64,000 bases of DNA from Amoebidium appalachense. Lineage: Eukaryota > Protista > Ichthyosporea. Numbering within the stretch: position 1 is the stretch's first letter; each line of letters starts with the position of its first letter. Location: contig CAVNZM010000004.1 of assembly GCA_963693365.1 (NCBI GenBank), forward strand, positions 6,981,093 through 7,045,092, written 5' to 3'. Position numbers and translations under genes: made by a program. Shown here piece after piece: positions 38,977 through 52,146 of this stretch. The notes below the pieces were generated by a model. That model had not been told where the DNA came from and did no database searches. It saw nothing but the letters and a program-made list of their open reading frames with translations.

Positions 38977-41900
38977 TTCCCGGCTCCGGCCCCCGCCATC
39001 GCCCTCGCCTTTGGGCTTTACGGCTAAGAAAATTGTTCATGTCACCTATTGCACACAACCTTCCGCACACACGCACACACACACAATCTCCCCCTCCCCG
39101 CCACCACCACTACTACTTGTCTCCATCATTGTTTCAGTCGTCTCAGACCACTAACACCACGACATTATTAACCATACAGGGTCAGGGACCGGGCCTCCTG
39201 ATTGGAGGAAACACGGGCATGCACGTGCGCATCAACGACACCAAGCTGCCGCTGTATGCCGAGTCCAACATTGTGATCCAGCCGGAGGAGTTCAAAGCCA
39301 TCGAACTGTTTGCAAACACAACAAACGCTAGGCTGGTCATGGGGGTACCCATGATCTACAGGGACCCAAGGTGCGCGAAAGTTCGAGATTTTAATTCTTA
39401 TCAGTCGTTTGTTGTTCCATTGTTTGTATGGATGATGGAGTTGGCTTACTTTTCTTCTATATATATACTTTTTATTTCCGTTTGAACCACATCTACCCCC
39501 CCCCCCCCCCCCCCATCCGCCCCTGCCGTGTTTGCTCTTACCCAGTGTCTGCTTTTCCCCTCTGCGTGCTGTCAGTGAGGTCTTCTTCCCCCCCCCCCCC
39601 CCCCCGAAACACCACCACCACCACCACCATTACCACCACCACCTTTCCATTCCACCCCTTTACCCCCCAGTATATTCTTCCACTCCACCCACCCATAGTA
39701 TATCCTAACCATCTGTGGCCCCCCCCTTAAAGGTACGCTGAAGAGTTTGTTAAAGACGGCATCCTGCGCTACATCCAACCACAGCACATCGATGCCCTGG
39801 AGCTGGGCAATGAGCCCGACCACTGGCAGCTGGACAAGAAGTGCTATAGAGCTGGAGTGTTTGGGCCCGAGGACTACATGAAGGAGTACCTGACTACAGA
39901 GAAGGTGTACATGCTTTCTTTAAGTGGAACGGGCAGGGGGGGTGGGGGGGGGGAGCACTGGGCCACGCGTGCATGGAGCGAAACGGGTGGTGGTGGGTGG
40001 GGGGCGGGAAGCGGCAGATGTGCATGGTTTTTATGAGAGAAGAGACAGACAGGGGGAAAGGGGTCAGGTGTGTCTGCAATCTTTAACCAGGAAGGGTGGG
40101 TGTGTGTGTGGTGGTGGGGGGGGGGGGGATGAGGGGTGGCTGGGGGAGTGTGTGTGTGTGTGTTGGAGGGGATGGTTGGAGGAGGGAGGGCAAGTAGTGA
40201 ACATTGGCAATTGGCCGTTGAGCCCCTAGGGGGGGGGGAGAAGAGGGGGGGCAGAATGGCTTCAGAAAGCTTCAGACAATAGCTATTGAAACGAGGGGCT
40301 GGGAGTGGCGATGCCACACCTTCTTATGCGTTTTAGTGCTCCACCCTCTCCTGCAGGCTCTCCTCATCTCTAAACGAATACCGATATATGGAACGTGTTG
40401 AACCCTAACCTTATAGGCTAGTGCATGTCTAATGCTATTGGTGCACAGGCGCTTATCCCGCACATCAACAGCACCAACGTCAAGCTGCAGGCCCCGGCCA
40501 TTGCTGGCTGCAACACATTCCCTAAGGGTGCCCTCCCATGCTGGCAGGTGTGTGCCTATACACACACGCGTGTTCATATATGTTCATTCTGGCACGCGCG
40601 CACACACACAAACACCCATACACACACATGCACGCGCACGCAGGCACACACACCACTTGCATAAAGACTTGCACACACGTGCACATGTCCCCGTCCCCTG
40701 GTTGGTCAGCTTTGGCACACACGTGCTTCTCTGTTTCGTCCTGTTTTACTTTTTTTTCTGTGACACCAAGCACCTATGCACAAGTACTTTTCCGTGCAAG
40801 GTTTGGACAGGGCACACACAGGAAGGAGAGGGGGGGGGGGGGGGAGGGGGGGGGGGGGAGGGGGGGCAATCGGTACATAAGGGAGAGGAATTGAGTGGTG
40901 TTTCCTACTTCACCTTCATTTTTCTTGGGGAGGTGTCTTTTTTTTTTTTTTTTCTTTTTTTTTTTTTTGGCTTGGGTAGGTGGGGGGAGGGGGAGTCCTG
41001 CTGCAAGATGAGCAGGAGTTGTATGCCTCCCATATAAATCTATGATATTTAAGAGGGCATAAAAATTTAATTGCTGCATTTCATTGGTCAGATGGTGCTT
41101 CCGGCGTTTGCCAACGAAACCAGCAACTACACGCACTTCATCGCGTGGCACCGCTACGGCAACTCGGGCTGCAGTCTTAAAAATAACCTTCGCACCCTAT
41201 TGGCTGATCCCATCCCCGGGGACGAAACCAAGAGCTACGATTGGCTAGAGTCCGTCGAGAATCACATCACCCCATTGGGCAAGCGTCATGTGTTTTCTGA
41301 GGGCGGGGCATTTTCGTGTGGTGGGAACCCGTGCATGAGCAAAACCTTTGCCTCCGCTCTGTGGGCGGTCGATAATATGCTGGAGGTGATGTACAGAAAT
41401 GGGTCGAGGTCGAACATGCACACGGTGCTCGGCCACAGCTATTCGCCGTTTTCAATTTTCAACTTGACGGGGGTATCCAATGGGACGGGTGGCCAGGCGG
41501 AGGATGCGGCCGGAGGGGATGATTCTGAGAGTAGGCGCAGGAGGAGGGGGGTTAGGAGGTTGAGGCTGGATTACAGGTGGGTGGGGTGCGTGTGGGGAGG
41601 GGGGGGGGGGGAGGAGGGAGGGGCCGGTCTGGGGGTGGGGGTGGGGGGGGGGGGATCGATGGTGTTGTGTTAATTTTGTCAATCTCTGATTTCTATCTGG
41701 GAAGCACCCGGGCGGGCAGGCGGGTGGAGGGGGGCCCCGGGGGGGGGGGGGGGGGGGGGGGGGGGTCCTTCTTTTTTCTTCAATTTTTTTGTTTGCTTCT
41801 TTGTTTGACCGACCCCGAGGGTTTTTTTTTTTTGGTGGTGGTGGTTGTTGTTTGGGGGGTGGGGGGGGTCCTTCTTTTTTTCTTCTATTTTTTTGTTTGC

Positions 41901-42078
41901 TTCTTTGTTTGACCGACCCCGAGGTTTTTTTTTTTTTGGTGGTGGTGGTTGTTGTTTGGGGGGGGGGGGGGGGGGGGGGGGGGGAGGTCGTGTATTTTTA
42001 GCTTTAGCTTTTCATAAACCAATTAGAAAAGCTAATGTGGCCGCATGAGCAATATGACTGACAATGGTCCCCCCCCCC

Positions 42079-42114
<36 letters not shown>

Positions 42115-42653
42115 GCAGGCGTCAGGCCCCGGCACCTGCCCCCGCCCCAACCAACACCACCGTGGGGTCCCCTGCAAATTCGACCACACCTGCCGCAAAT
42201 TCCACCTCCGCTATCGGTGTCTCGGCAGCACCCCTCTTCTTTGCCATGTGGCAGGTTATTCAACTGGTCGATAATATACAGGACCCCTACATCTACAGAC
42301 CCCAAATTTCGTTCGGTGATGGGTCGGTCAACACCTCTCTCATTAAGGCCTGGGGGGTTGGTTCGTCCGCAAATATGACGAAAATTGTGATTGTGCACAA
42401 GGACGTCGACCAGGCTGGCCCCCTCACGGTGTCCATTGGAAGCAATGGCGCCCCCTCGGCCCAAATCTCGCGCATGTGGACGGATTCGGATGTCATGTCG
42501 GCAGACGCCGTGTTGGCTGGCCAGAAAATTGGTCCGAATGGAAAACCGACCGGCGAGCGTAAGCTGGAGACGGTCCAGGTCACCAACGGGGTCTTTGTGG
42601 TGCCCGTCAATAGACTTTCCGTGGTGGTGGTCGAAATTCCGGTGAAGGCCTGA
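37632..42653 (+). CDS. Secreted glycoside hydrolase family 79 (beta-glucuronidase/heparanase-like), ~655 aa
   Basis: Exons 37632-37949, 38350-38517, 39180-39370, 39733-39904, 40449-40547, 41092-41576, 42119-42653, all in phase. Signal peptide MATHTFLPLAFSLASLPFAAA. Motifs GFSVEY, IGGNT, ELGNEPD (acid/base), VFSEGG (nucleophile), SKTFASALWAVD. C-terminal beta-sandwich (KIVIVHKD...VPVNRLSVVVVEI). Confidence 0.9.
41765..41960. repeat. ~100-bp tandem duplication in the last GH79 intron
   Basis: Two copies of GTCCTTCTTTTTTCTTC...TTGACCGACCCCGAGG...GGTGGTGGTTGTTGTTTGGGG. Confidence 0.9.
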
Positions 42654-43769
42654 GGGCTGAGTGTCGTGTCACCTTCGTGATACGGGCATGGGATTGGCTG
42701 TCTGTTTCACTCTCACTGTGTCGAGCGTGTGCCAGATATGACGAGTTTCGACGCCTTCATTTCATTGTATAGTTGGTTGTTGAATATCGTTGTTTTCGGC
42801 CAAAGCCACTTACAACAAGTTTTTGTTTATATATTCTAATGATAGTAATGTGTGAATATGCACGGGCAGGCTGCCAAACACAGGTGAGCCGCGTAAGACT
42901 CTGTGTACTAGGTGCCCCTTTGTAATGGGCCTATACATAATGTGTGCATTTTCAGAGTTTATCGATTTTTTTCCCATCAACTCCCACGGTCCCGCCCTGT
43001 TTTAGCACAGGCTGCCATGTAAGAAAGAAGAGTTGGGTTGTGACCTGGCGTGTAATAAAACACAAAATCAACAATAAGGAGGCATGCTTCTATGCGTCTA
43101 ATGTTTATCTTGGTTACGCCGTGAAGTACTCTCTGCCTGTAACCTCAAGCCAACCCCCCCCCCCCCCCCCCCCTCTCTTTCTCCAGGATGACCCACCATG
43201 GCGATTTTACCTTCCTCCCCCTCCCCCAACACACACACAAGGGTGTCACACACTGTGAAACATGTAATCACAGACACTTCGAAACGTGGCTTATAAGTGG
43301 GCATAGCAAATCGTTTCGAAAGGCGTCGAGCCGCAAGGTACGTATACCTTGAAACACCCATCTGAAGGTGCATCACATGCATCGGTTATCTGCTTTTTTG
43401 CACATGTCTTCCGCAATGCACTGTGTGCATGTGTGTGTGTACGCGCGTGTTGGGGTGCCTCACCGCAAGTGGTGGTGGTGGGTGAGTGGTGGTGGTGGTG
43501 GTGGTGGTGGGGTGGCCGGGGATGGGGGGTGTGTGTGTGTGGGGGGGGGGGGGGGGGGGGGGGGGGGGGATTTTGATGTGGTGACTTTGTATAGGTTTAG
43601 TTTTGCCAACTCAGCCCCCCCCCCCCCCCCCCCCCCCCCCACCGGGCGATTAGGTGCCGGCACCAGGTGTTCACTCGTTCCAATCACCACGATACATGAT
43701 TAGATAAAGATATCACGGAATAAAAATGACGCGTGGAGATATTGTCGCGTTTGACGTGTATGTGTGTAC

Positions 43770-43812
<43 letters not shown>

Positions 43813-43840
43813 TGCGTGCGTGCGTGCGTGCGTGCGTGTG

Positions 43841-43873
<33 letters not shown>

Positions 43874-44289
43874 TTGTGTATGTGTGTATGTGTGTGCGCG
43901 TGTGTGTGCGCACACGGTGCACACGTGTGTTTTTGTGGTTTGCTGTTGTTTTGACTTGATAATGATTCAAAACGAATATGTGCCGTAAGTTAAATGTAAT
44001 ATCATATAATGGTGTACTGAACTGTTTCCACAACACATACTGTACAAATCAGCAACTCTGAAATGTACACACAAAACATGCCGTGGAACTAGTCAAATAA
44101 CTCTTGAATTCATACTACCAACACTCATCATAGACATTTCTATTCCCAAGAGGGGCCCATTCACATCAGAGAACCATCAGGCCTGCGAGAGGCTCGAGGG
44201 CACAAAATAGCTCGGCTTCATATGCGCATAAATGGACGGAAGAATAGGATGGGGTTATAGAAGTGCTGACCTTGCTGTGTGCGTGTGCG

Positions 44290-44580
44290 AAGAGCAGAAT
44301 TATAATCTGGATACTGGCAAAATAATTCCGCTAAGGCTGAATAATTCTGCTTTTGCAGAATGATTATGGTTTTCATTCAATTGCTGAAGTTCTGTCTTTG
44401 CTGAATATTTTGCTAAGTGTAGAATATTCTGAATTTTAATATTTCTGCGATGCTTTTGCTGAATAAATCGCTAGGGGTAGAACAATTTAGCTTTCTCTGG
44501 ATAATGTTATAAGTCGCTGAAAAATTCACTAGGAATAAAACTTTGTCTGTCTTGTGCAGAATAGTTCTACTTGTGCAAGT
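44290..44580. repeat. Array of degenerate palindromic motifs GCWGAATNATTCWGC
   Basis: About 10 variants, e.g. GCTGAATAATTCTGC, GCTGAATATTTTGC, GTAGAATATTCTG, GCAGAATAGTTCTAC. Confidence 0.7.
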
Positions 44581-44749
44581 TCATTCTGCTCGTGTAACAG
44601 TTGTTGGGACCTACTAGAGTTGGTCTCTGATTCAGAAGCACGAAAATAACACGGTGGCACACACACACGCGCGCGCCCAATATCCCACCCATTCACAGAT
44701 GCGGCACACACGCGCACACACGAATGATTACTAAACAAACAAACACACA

Positions 44750-44807
<58 letters not shown>

Positions 44808-44908
44808 GTACACACACACCGTGTGACACCAGCCGATGATGCCTGGTGTCACAGCCCCCCCCTCCCCCCCCCCCCCCCCCCTTCCCCTCCCCCTCGTCCT
44901 CCCTCCCT

Positions 44909-44940
<32 letters not shown>

Positions 44941-45271
44941 CCCCCTCTCCCCCTGCCAACCAACAGGGCGAGGAAAAAAAAAAAAAAAAAAAAAAACCTT
45001 GGCGACCAAGCAATTAAAAATGAATAAAGAGAAAGAGAGAAAAGAGAAAAAGAAACAGGAAAAGAAGAAAGACAAAGAATAGAGAGAGGAAAACAGGGGG
45101 GGAAACGAGGAGCTTAATATTAGTTCACAAGGTTTGTACCCTCACTCTTGATACTAAGTTCAAAAAAAAGGCTGGCATACCATGAGCAACACCCAGCTAT
45201 AGCTATACATATTTACTCGGCTACATAATAGCATATTGCCAAGGGATTATGTCGACCCTCCCTCCCCCCCC

Positions 45272-45317
<46 letters not shown>

Positions 45318-45978
45318 ACCACCACCACCACCACCACCACCACCACCACCACCACAAAATAAAAAAATAAAAAATAAAAAAAAAAGAAAGAAAAAAAAAA
45401 AGCAAAAAATTCTTAGACTAGTTCCCATGCTCAAAAGAACGGGACTGTGGTGATCCCCCCCCTCCCCCAACCCCCCCCCTCCCCCCCCTCCCCCCTCCCC
45501 CCCCCCCCCTCCCCCCCCCCCCCCCCCCCCCCCTCCGCCTCCTCCAGGCCGGAGTCCCGGATCGGCCTTCCTCACTTTCTCTTCTCACACGTCTATGCAC
45601 GCTCCGGCAGTGCAAGTCTGTTGCGCCGCGCACTCAATGCCCCAGAGTATGTGTGTGCGTGTCGTGTGCGGTTTGTGTGTGCATGTGTAATCATATGAAA
45701 GAGTTCATGATCGTGGGGCGAGAAGGGCTGAAGGTGCGTCTTTATATGGGGACAGGGAATGCACGGGGAAAGCCAACAGAGCAGAAGGAAAGAGCTCTAC
45801 CTCCAGGCGAAAAAGAGTTTGGGGAGGGGTTCGGAGGGGCGTGTGTGTGTGTGTGTGTGTGTTGAGGGGGGAGGGGGGGGGGGGAGGGGGGAGGGGGAGA
45901 AGGGGCCCGGGGGAGGGGGCCGGGGGGGGGGGGGGGGGAGGCTCCGGGAAGGTGGAGGGGTCGCTGGGGTTGGCGGCT

Positions 45979-46017
<39 letters not shown>

Positions 46018-46048
46018 CGGCTCCAGGGAATTCGAAGGTGGAGGGGTG

Positions 46049-46109
<61 letters not shown>

Positions 46110-46249
46110 GAGGGGGAGGGAAAGGGGGGGGGCCAAAGTATAGCCACTAACGTCAACGTTTGGGAACAAAAGGGGGAACCATGCCGTGAGAAAGGAGGAA
46201 TATTCAAATCGGAAACAATACGTAGGGCCCCCTTTCGTAAAAACTAGTC

Positions 46250-46577
46250 ACATCATTATGGTGTAGAGAGGACAATTATCGTATCACGAACTTGAACTTT
46301 TGACTCGTCCCCGACTCTGACTCCGTCTGTTTGTTGGCCCAGCCGCGGTCACGATCGAATGGACTCGCGATTTCTTGCACCATATTTGACTAGACAGAAG
46401 ACGAATAAGAGCCGAACTTAAGTAACCATAAATGGTTATATCTTAAAAGCCTTTTGTTCTTGATGACGTCAATATTTCGTCAGTGCTAAATATAGCACAC
46501 AGACCACGCCTTCCCCCGCAGCAAAAGCGCGCGCCTGCCCCTCACTCAGGCTGATCGCCACTCTTTCCTCTCTCGAG
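46250..46577 (+). promoter_or_regulatory. Probable promoter and non-coding first exon of ATP4
   Basis: Microsatellite-free stretch ending in a donor (GAG|GTAAAA at 46578). The matching acceptor (CAG, 47390) lies 5 nt before the ATG. A CRE-like TGACGTCA is at 46464-46471. Confidence 0.4.
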
Positions 46578-47188
46578 GTAAAACAGGAAAAAAAAAACAC
46601 AGTTGTATGTGTGTCTATATGGGTGCTTAGGCTAGTGAAGTTTATTTTCGGTTTATAGACGTAGTTTAACGCGCGGTTTCCCTAATTCCTGAGAGGGTGG
46701 ATGCGGTGCAGGGGGGCTATGGTTGGGTCGGTGAATGGGAGGGAGTGAGTTAGCAGGTGTATTTTTTTGTGGGGAGGGGAAAAGGCAGCACAATGAAACT
46801 CTGAGTAGAGATCTATTGACTTCAACGAAAATAATTGCTATCAGGGCCAAGATAATGTGTAGTGGAGGAGGAAATTTTTGGGAGACCACTGAGAGGAGAG
46901 GTAGCTGAACAAGATCAGGGAGAATGTTGAATGGGTTTGAAAGGCTTTCAGGATGTGGTACTTGAATCTGGAGAAAATGAGCCGCGCTGGAGATAGCTGA
47001 CACCGTGCGTATACTATTCTCGGCATACACTACATGGCAACACCCACACCCACACCCACACACACATACACACACATTCTCAGACAGACGCACACACACG
47101 TCAAACACACATTCACAGACGCACACATGCACACGCAGACGCGCACACACAAACGCACAACACGCACACACACGCACACGAACACACG

Positions 47189-47234
<46 letters not shown>

Positions 47235-47279
47235 TACACACACACATACACAAGTGTGCGTGTACACGCGCGCGCGCGA

Positions 47280-47326
<47 letters not shown>

Positions 47327-47395
47327 CACGGGCACACATGCACGCACGTTGATATACACACAACATCATCACATACACTCATACATACAGACAAG

Positions 47396-47659
47396 ATGGC
47401 GGCCCTTCTCAAGTTCGCACCGGGTACGCACTTCCCTCCCCTTGCGCCTCTTCTCCTGGCTTCCTTCTTTGTACCTTTTTTTGGAAACAATTTGAAGCCA
47501 AAAGGGTTTTGGAGTGCCAACACACAATATGTCGTTTGTGTCTGTGCGTACTCTGCCATGTGGTTTGTGTATGTGTGCAAGCATGGGTGTGCCTGTGCCT
47601 GCACGTTTGGCAAGTTGGATTTTCAGGGCCCTCGTGCAGGCGTTTAAACTGTACACCAG

Positions 47660-47690
<31 letters not shown>

Positions 47691-47761
47691 TTTTCTTTTT
47701 AATGGCCCCAGCAGACAAGGTGGCTTTAGAAACGTTTATCGAAACTGGGTAGAGGGTTGAT

Positions 47762-47798
<37 letters not shown>

Positions 47799-49260
47799 GG
47801 GGGGGGAGGCCCTTTCCGTGCACATATTTTCATGCCGGCAGTCCTTGGGTTGTAGCCACCCCCCTCCCCCCTCCCCTTCCCCACCCCCCCCACCCCCCCC
47901 CCCTGATGACTTGGGCCCTCCCTGAGGATGGGCTCTGCTTATGACGCATCCTGTGCGCATGGCTGATGTTGCATACTTGAATGTTTGCCTTTGCATGTGT
48001 CCTTCGTATATGCGTAATTCGTACCGTGTTCCGCATTCAAACCCCCCCCCCCCACCCCCCCCCCCCCTCTCCCAACCCCACCCTATCCAAGTGCAACCCA
48101 CCCCCAAGCATTCCCGAGTTTCTATTTTTAGGTGTTGTGCTGACTGTTTGTCTATAATAGGTATTGCACTGTCTATTCATAGATTATGTGTCGATTTTTC
48201 GATGTTGTACTATTTGTGTCTATTAATAGGGATTGCACTGTCTATTCATACGTCGATTTTTCGATGCTGCACTAATTGTCTATTTTTAGGTGTTGCACCT
48301 ACTGTATTTTTTTTGTAGGTGTTTCGCTGGTTTTGTGTCTCATTACAGGTGTGGCACTGACTGTGTCTATTCTTAAACATTTCACGGGCTGTACGTCTAT
48401 ATTTAGACATTTCACTGACTGTATGTCTATTTTTAGGTGTTGCGCGCGCTGCCCAGCGTGCCCCGGCTGCCCTGGCCACCTCCACGTAAGTCAACCCTGC
48501 GTGTGTGTTTTTCCCCCCGCTTTTTTTTGCGGCTGGGGACAATGGGGAGAGAGAGGGTATTTGTGCATGTATGCCGGTGTGTGTGGATGACACATACGTG
48601 TGTGTTGGGGGGGGGGGGGGGGGGAGGATTGTGTACGAACCTCTCTCTCTCCCTCTTCCCCCCCCCCCCCTTCCCCTCCCGCCCTCCCTCCCTCCCTTCC
48701 TCCCTCTCTCTTTCTTTATCTCTCTCTCTCTCTGTGTGTGTATATGTGTACATCTTTATGTCGCCTACCTCGCCAACATTCATTGTATGAAGCAGGCTTA
48801 TTATCCATAAGCCCCCCTCCTCCCCCCTCCCCCCCCCTCCCCCCCCAAAAAAAAAAAGCACAGCCATACCTGCGGGCGCTCTTTCAGGAGGTAATGCTTA
48901 CATACACTCTACACACACATCCACACACACACACACACACACACACATGCGCGCGCACACACGCGCGCGCGCGCGCACACACACACACACACACCACTCC
49001 TTCAAAATTCTCCCTCTCTTTTCCTTTTCCCGTCCGCCCGTCGTTCCTTCACTCAATCCCCCCGCTCCTCCCCCTCCGCCCCCCCATAAGAAGAAACAAG
49101 AAAAAAGAAAAAAAAAAATAAAGATGGATGGAAACATCTCCTCTCGGTTTTGCATCGTTATGAACCCTTAAACAGATTCCCCCTTTCTTCCCCCCTCCTT
49201 TCTGATATGTGCGGGGAACACGGGCCTCTCCTACAATCCTAAGTACACACGCACACATAC

Positions 49261-49324
<64 letters not shown>

Positions 49325-49832
49325 ACGCACATGCACACACATACGCACGCACACGCACGTTGGCGCTTCCACACTCATACACGTACACCACGCAAACATA
49401 CAGGCACACACACACATGCACACAACATGCACACACATGCACATAACATGCACACACACACACACACACACATGCACACATAGGAATCCATGTGCTTGTA
49501 TACATTCTGCTCGAGCATCGCGTGCCTGTGACTCGAATATTTCGCAAATGTCTGCGACCCAAACTTTCTGGGCGCACACAGACATACCCTTGTACGCAAG
49601 GACAGAGAAGTATGGATCTGGCAGGGTAATTTTCGAAAACTTTGTTCTGAAGTAGACACTTCTGAATGAATATGCACGTGCACACACACACACACACACT
49701 CTCTCTCTCTCTCTCCTCACTCACACATACACACTCACTCACACTAACCCCTGCTTCTCCAGGGCTGTCGTTGCTCAGAGGAACATGAGCCAGGTGGCCG
49801 GCGTCCGCCAGCCACGTATGCTTCCCCCCCGG

Positions 49833-49867
<35 letters not shown>

Positions 49868-50593
49868 ACGGGCAGGCGCCATCATCGTTAGACACGCACA
49901 CGCACACACACACTGGCACGCACACACACACACACACACACCAGAGGGGCACACACGCGCGCACACACAGGCACGCAAGCACACACACACACGCACACAC
50001 ACGCACGCACGCACCACACCCTCTCCCTTTTCGTGTATCGCGGGCTTGAGAGAAACCATGGTAGCAGGTGAATAGAGCCGGAGAGGTCGTAATTGACAGA
50101 AACGGTTGGGATGGGTGGGTGGGTGTGTGTGTGGGTGTGTACGTGTGGGGGGGGGGGGGGGAGGGGAGGGGGCAGAAAGAATGGAGAAATGAAGGGCCGT
50201 GATCAGGGGTGCCTTGGGTGTGTGTAGGGTTAGGGTTAAGGAGAAAGGGTTCATTTTGAATTTTCACTATGTAATTGATCAAATTTCATATGTAGGATTA
50301 TCGGCCCCCACTGAGTATCGGGAGTTAGGGAGTATGGGGGATTACGATCTGCCGTTATGCACATGCATGGTTCATGGCCGCACTCAATTTGATTGGTGGG
50401 GATTTAACGGACCAATAGTCTTATATACCATATATGGTATGTAAGGAAATTTATTTTTGGACATTTATTCGTTAAACCACACAGGCACATGGGAGTTTTT
50501 TCAGCATCCCCCGATTTGCTCGCATGTGTGGTCTCACATCAAAGCGTAAACACACAAACATGCTTTTGCTATGCACACACACACACACACAAG

Positions 50594-50625
<32 letters not shown>

Positions 50626-52057
50626 TAAGCACATACGCATTTTTCGCTGCACTGCATTAGTTTGCACACACGTATTCACCGTTTTGCTCACCTTGCTTGC
50701 ATAAGCAACCCTGCTCGTCTTTGATCAAGACGGGTTGACCCTCCCAAGTCCAGTTGATGCTGCTGTCTGAGTTGGAGAGTCGTATATACTCGGGCTAAGG
50801 GGTCGAAACTCAGACGCAATTGATGACTTGGGCCCTCCCTGAGGATGGGCTCTGCTTATGACACATACTGTGCGCATGGCTATGTTGCATACTTGAAAGT
50901 TTGCCTTTGCATGTGTCCTTCGTGTATGCGTACTTCGTACCGTGTTCCGCTTTCACCCCCCCCACCCCCCCCCCCCCCCCCCCCCCCCCCCTCCTCTCTC
51001 TTCGGCTCTCTTCTTCCTCTTCACACATCCACGGACACGTACAACCACTACCAATGCCGCAAGAGTAGCTAACAGACAATGGGGCCACTCAGGCACACAC
51101 ATCTGCAATTGAACAAGTACGCACACACTCATGGGTACGCTTTTACTGGTACAAAAATCTGGCGAACACGACAACCTGCAGGTGCATCCGTTTTATGCAT
51201 TCTTGTTTCGTAGCAACCATCTGAAATTTCGCTTATCTCCCGTCCATCCGTCTATCCCATTTACTCACTATCTCACCCCCAGCCAAGGGCCTGCTTTCCT
51301 CCAAACCCGGCCAGATCGGTGGCATGGCTGCCGCTGCCGGTAATATCCCCCCCCCCCCCCCCCAACCCTGCTCGTCTCTGATCAAGACGGGTGACCTACT
51401 CATGTTCAAGTGAAACAGTATCTGAGTTGGGTTTCGTTAACGAGGGGAATAGGTCGAAACTCGGGTACTGTGGATGACGTGGGCCCCCCCTGAGGATGGG
51501 CTCTGCTTATTATGCATACTCTTTATGTATGGCTTGCATTCTGCATCGTGTTATCCGTTTGTTCTTGTGTACTTCGTACTTTTTGGCGCATTCAAACCCC
51601 CCCCCCCCCCCCCCTTCCCCCCCTCCCCCCCCCCCCCGGGTGACCTACCCATGTTCACGTGAAACAGTATCTGAGTTGGGTTTCGTTAACGAGGTGAATA
51701 GGTCGAAACTCGGGTACTGTGGATGACGTGGGCCCTTCCTGAGGATGGGCTCTGCTTATTATGCATACTCTTTATGTATGGCTTGCATTCTGCATCGTGT
51801 TATCCGTTTGTTCTTGTGTACTTCGTACTTTTTGACGCATTCAAACCCCCCCCCCCCCCCCCCTGGATGACGTGGGCTCCCTCTCAGGATGGGCTCTCCT
51901 TATTATGCATACTCGTTGTGTATGGTTTGCACTCTGCATCGTGTTATCCGTTGTTCATGTGTACTTCGTACTTTATGACGCATTCAAACACCCCCTCCCC
52001 CCCCCTCCTCCTTCTCTTGGGGACTTTCCCTGTCCGTTTGCACACAGAGACCCAAAG

Positions 52058-52146
<89 letters not shown>

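Noticed and set aside
50222-50242. TTAGGG telomeric repeats (also ~54712)
   Set aside because: Only about two imperfect units; not an array.
51445-51505. Canonical hammerhead ribozyme (CUGANGA + GAAA) in the retroposon
   Set aside because: The motif order and flanks do not allow stems I/II/III with a UH cleavage site in any permutation I could build.
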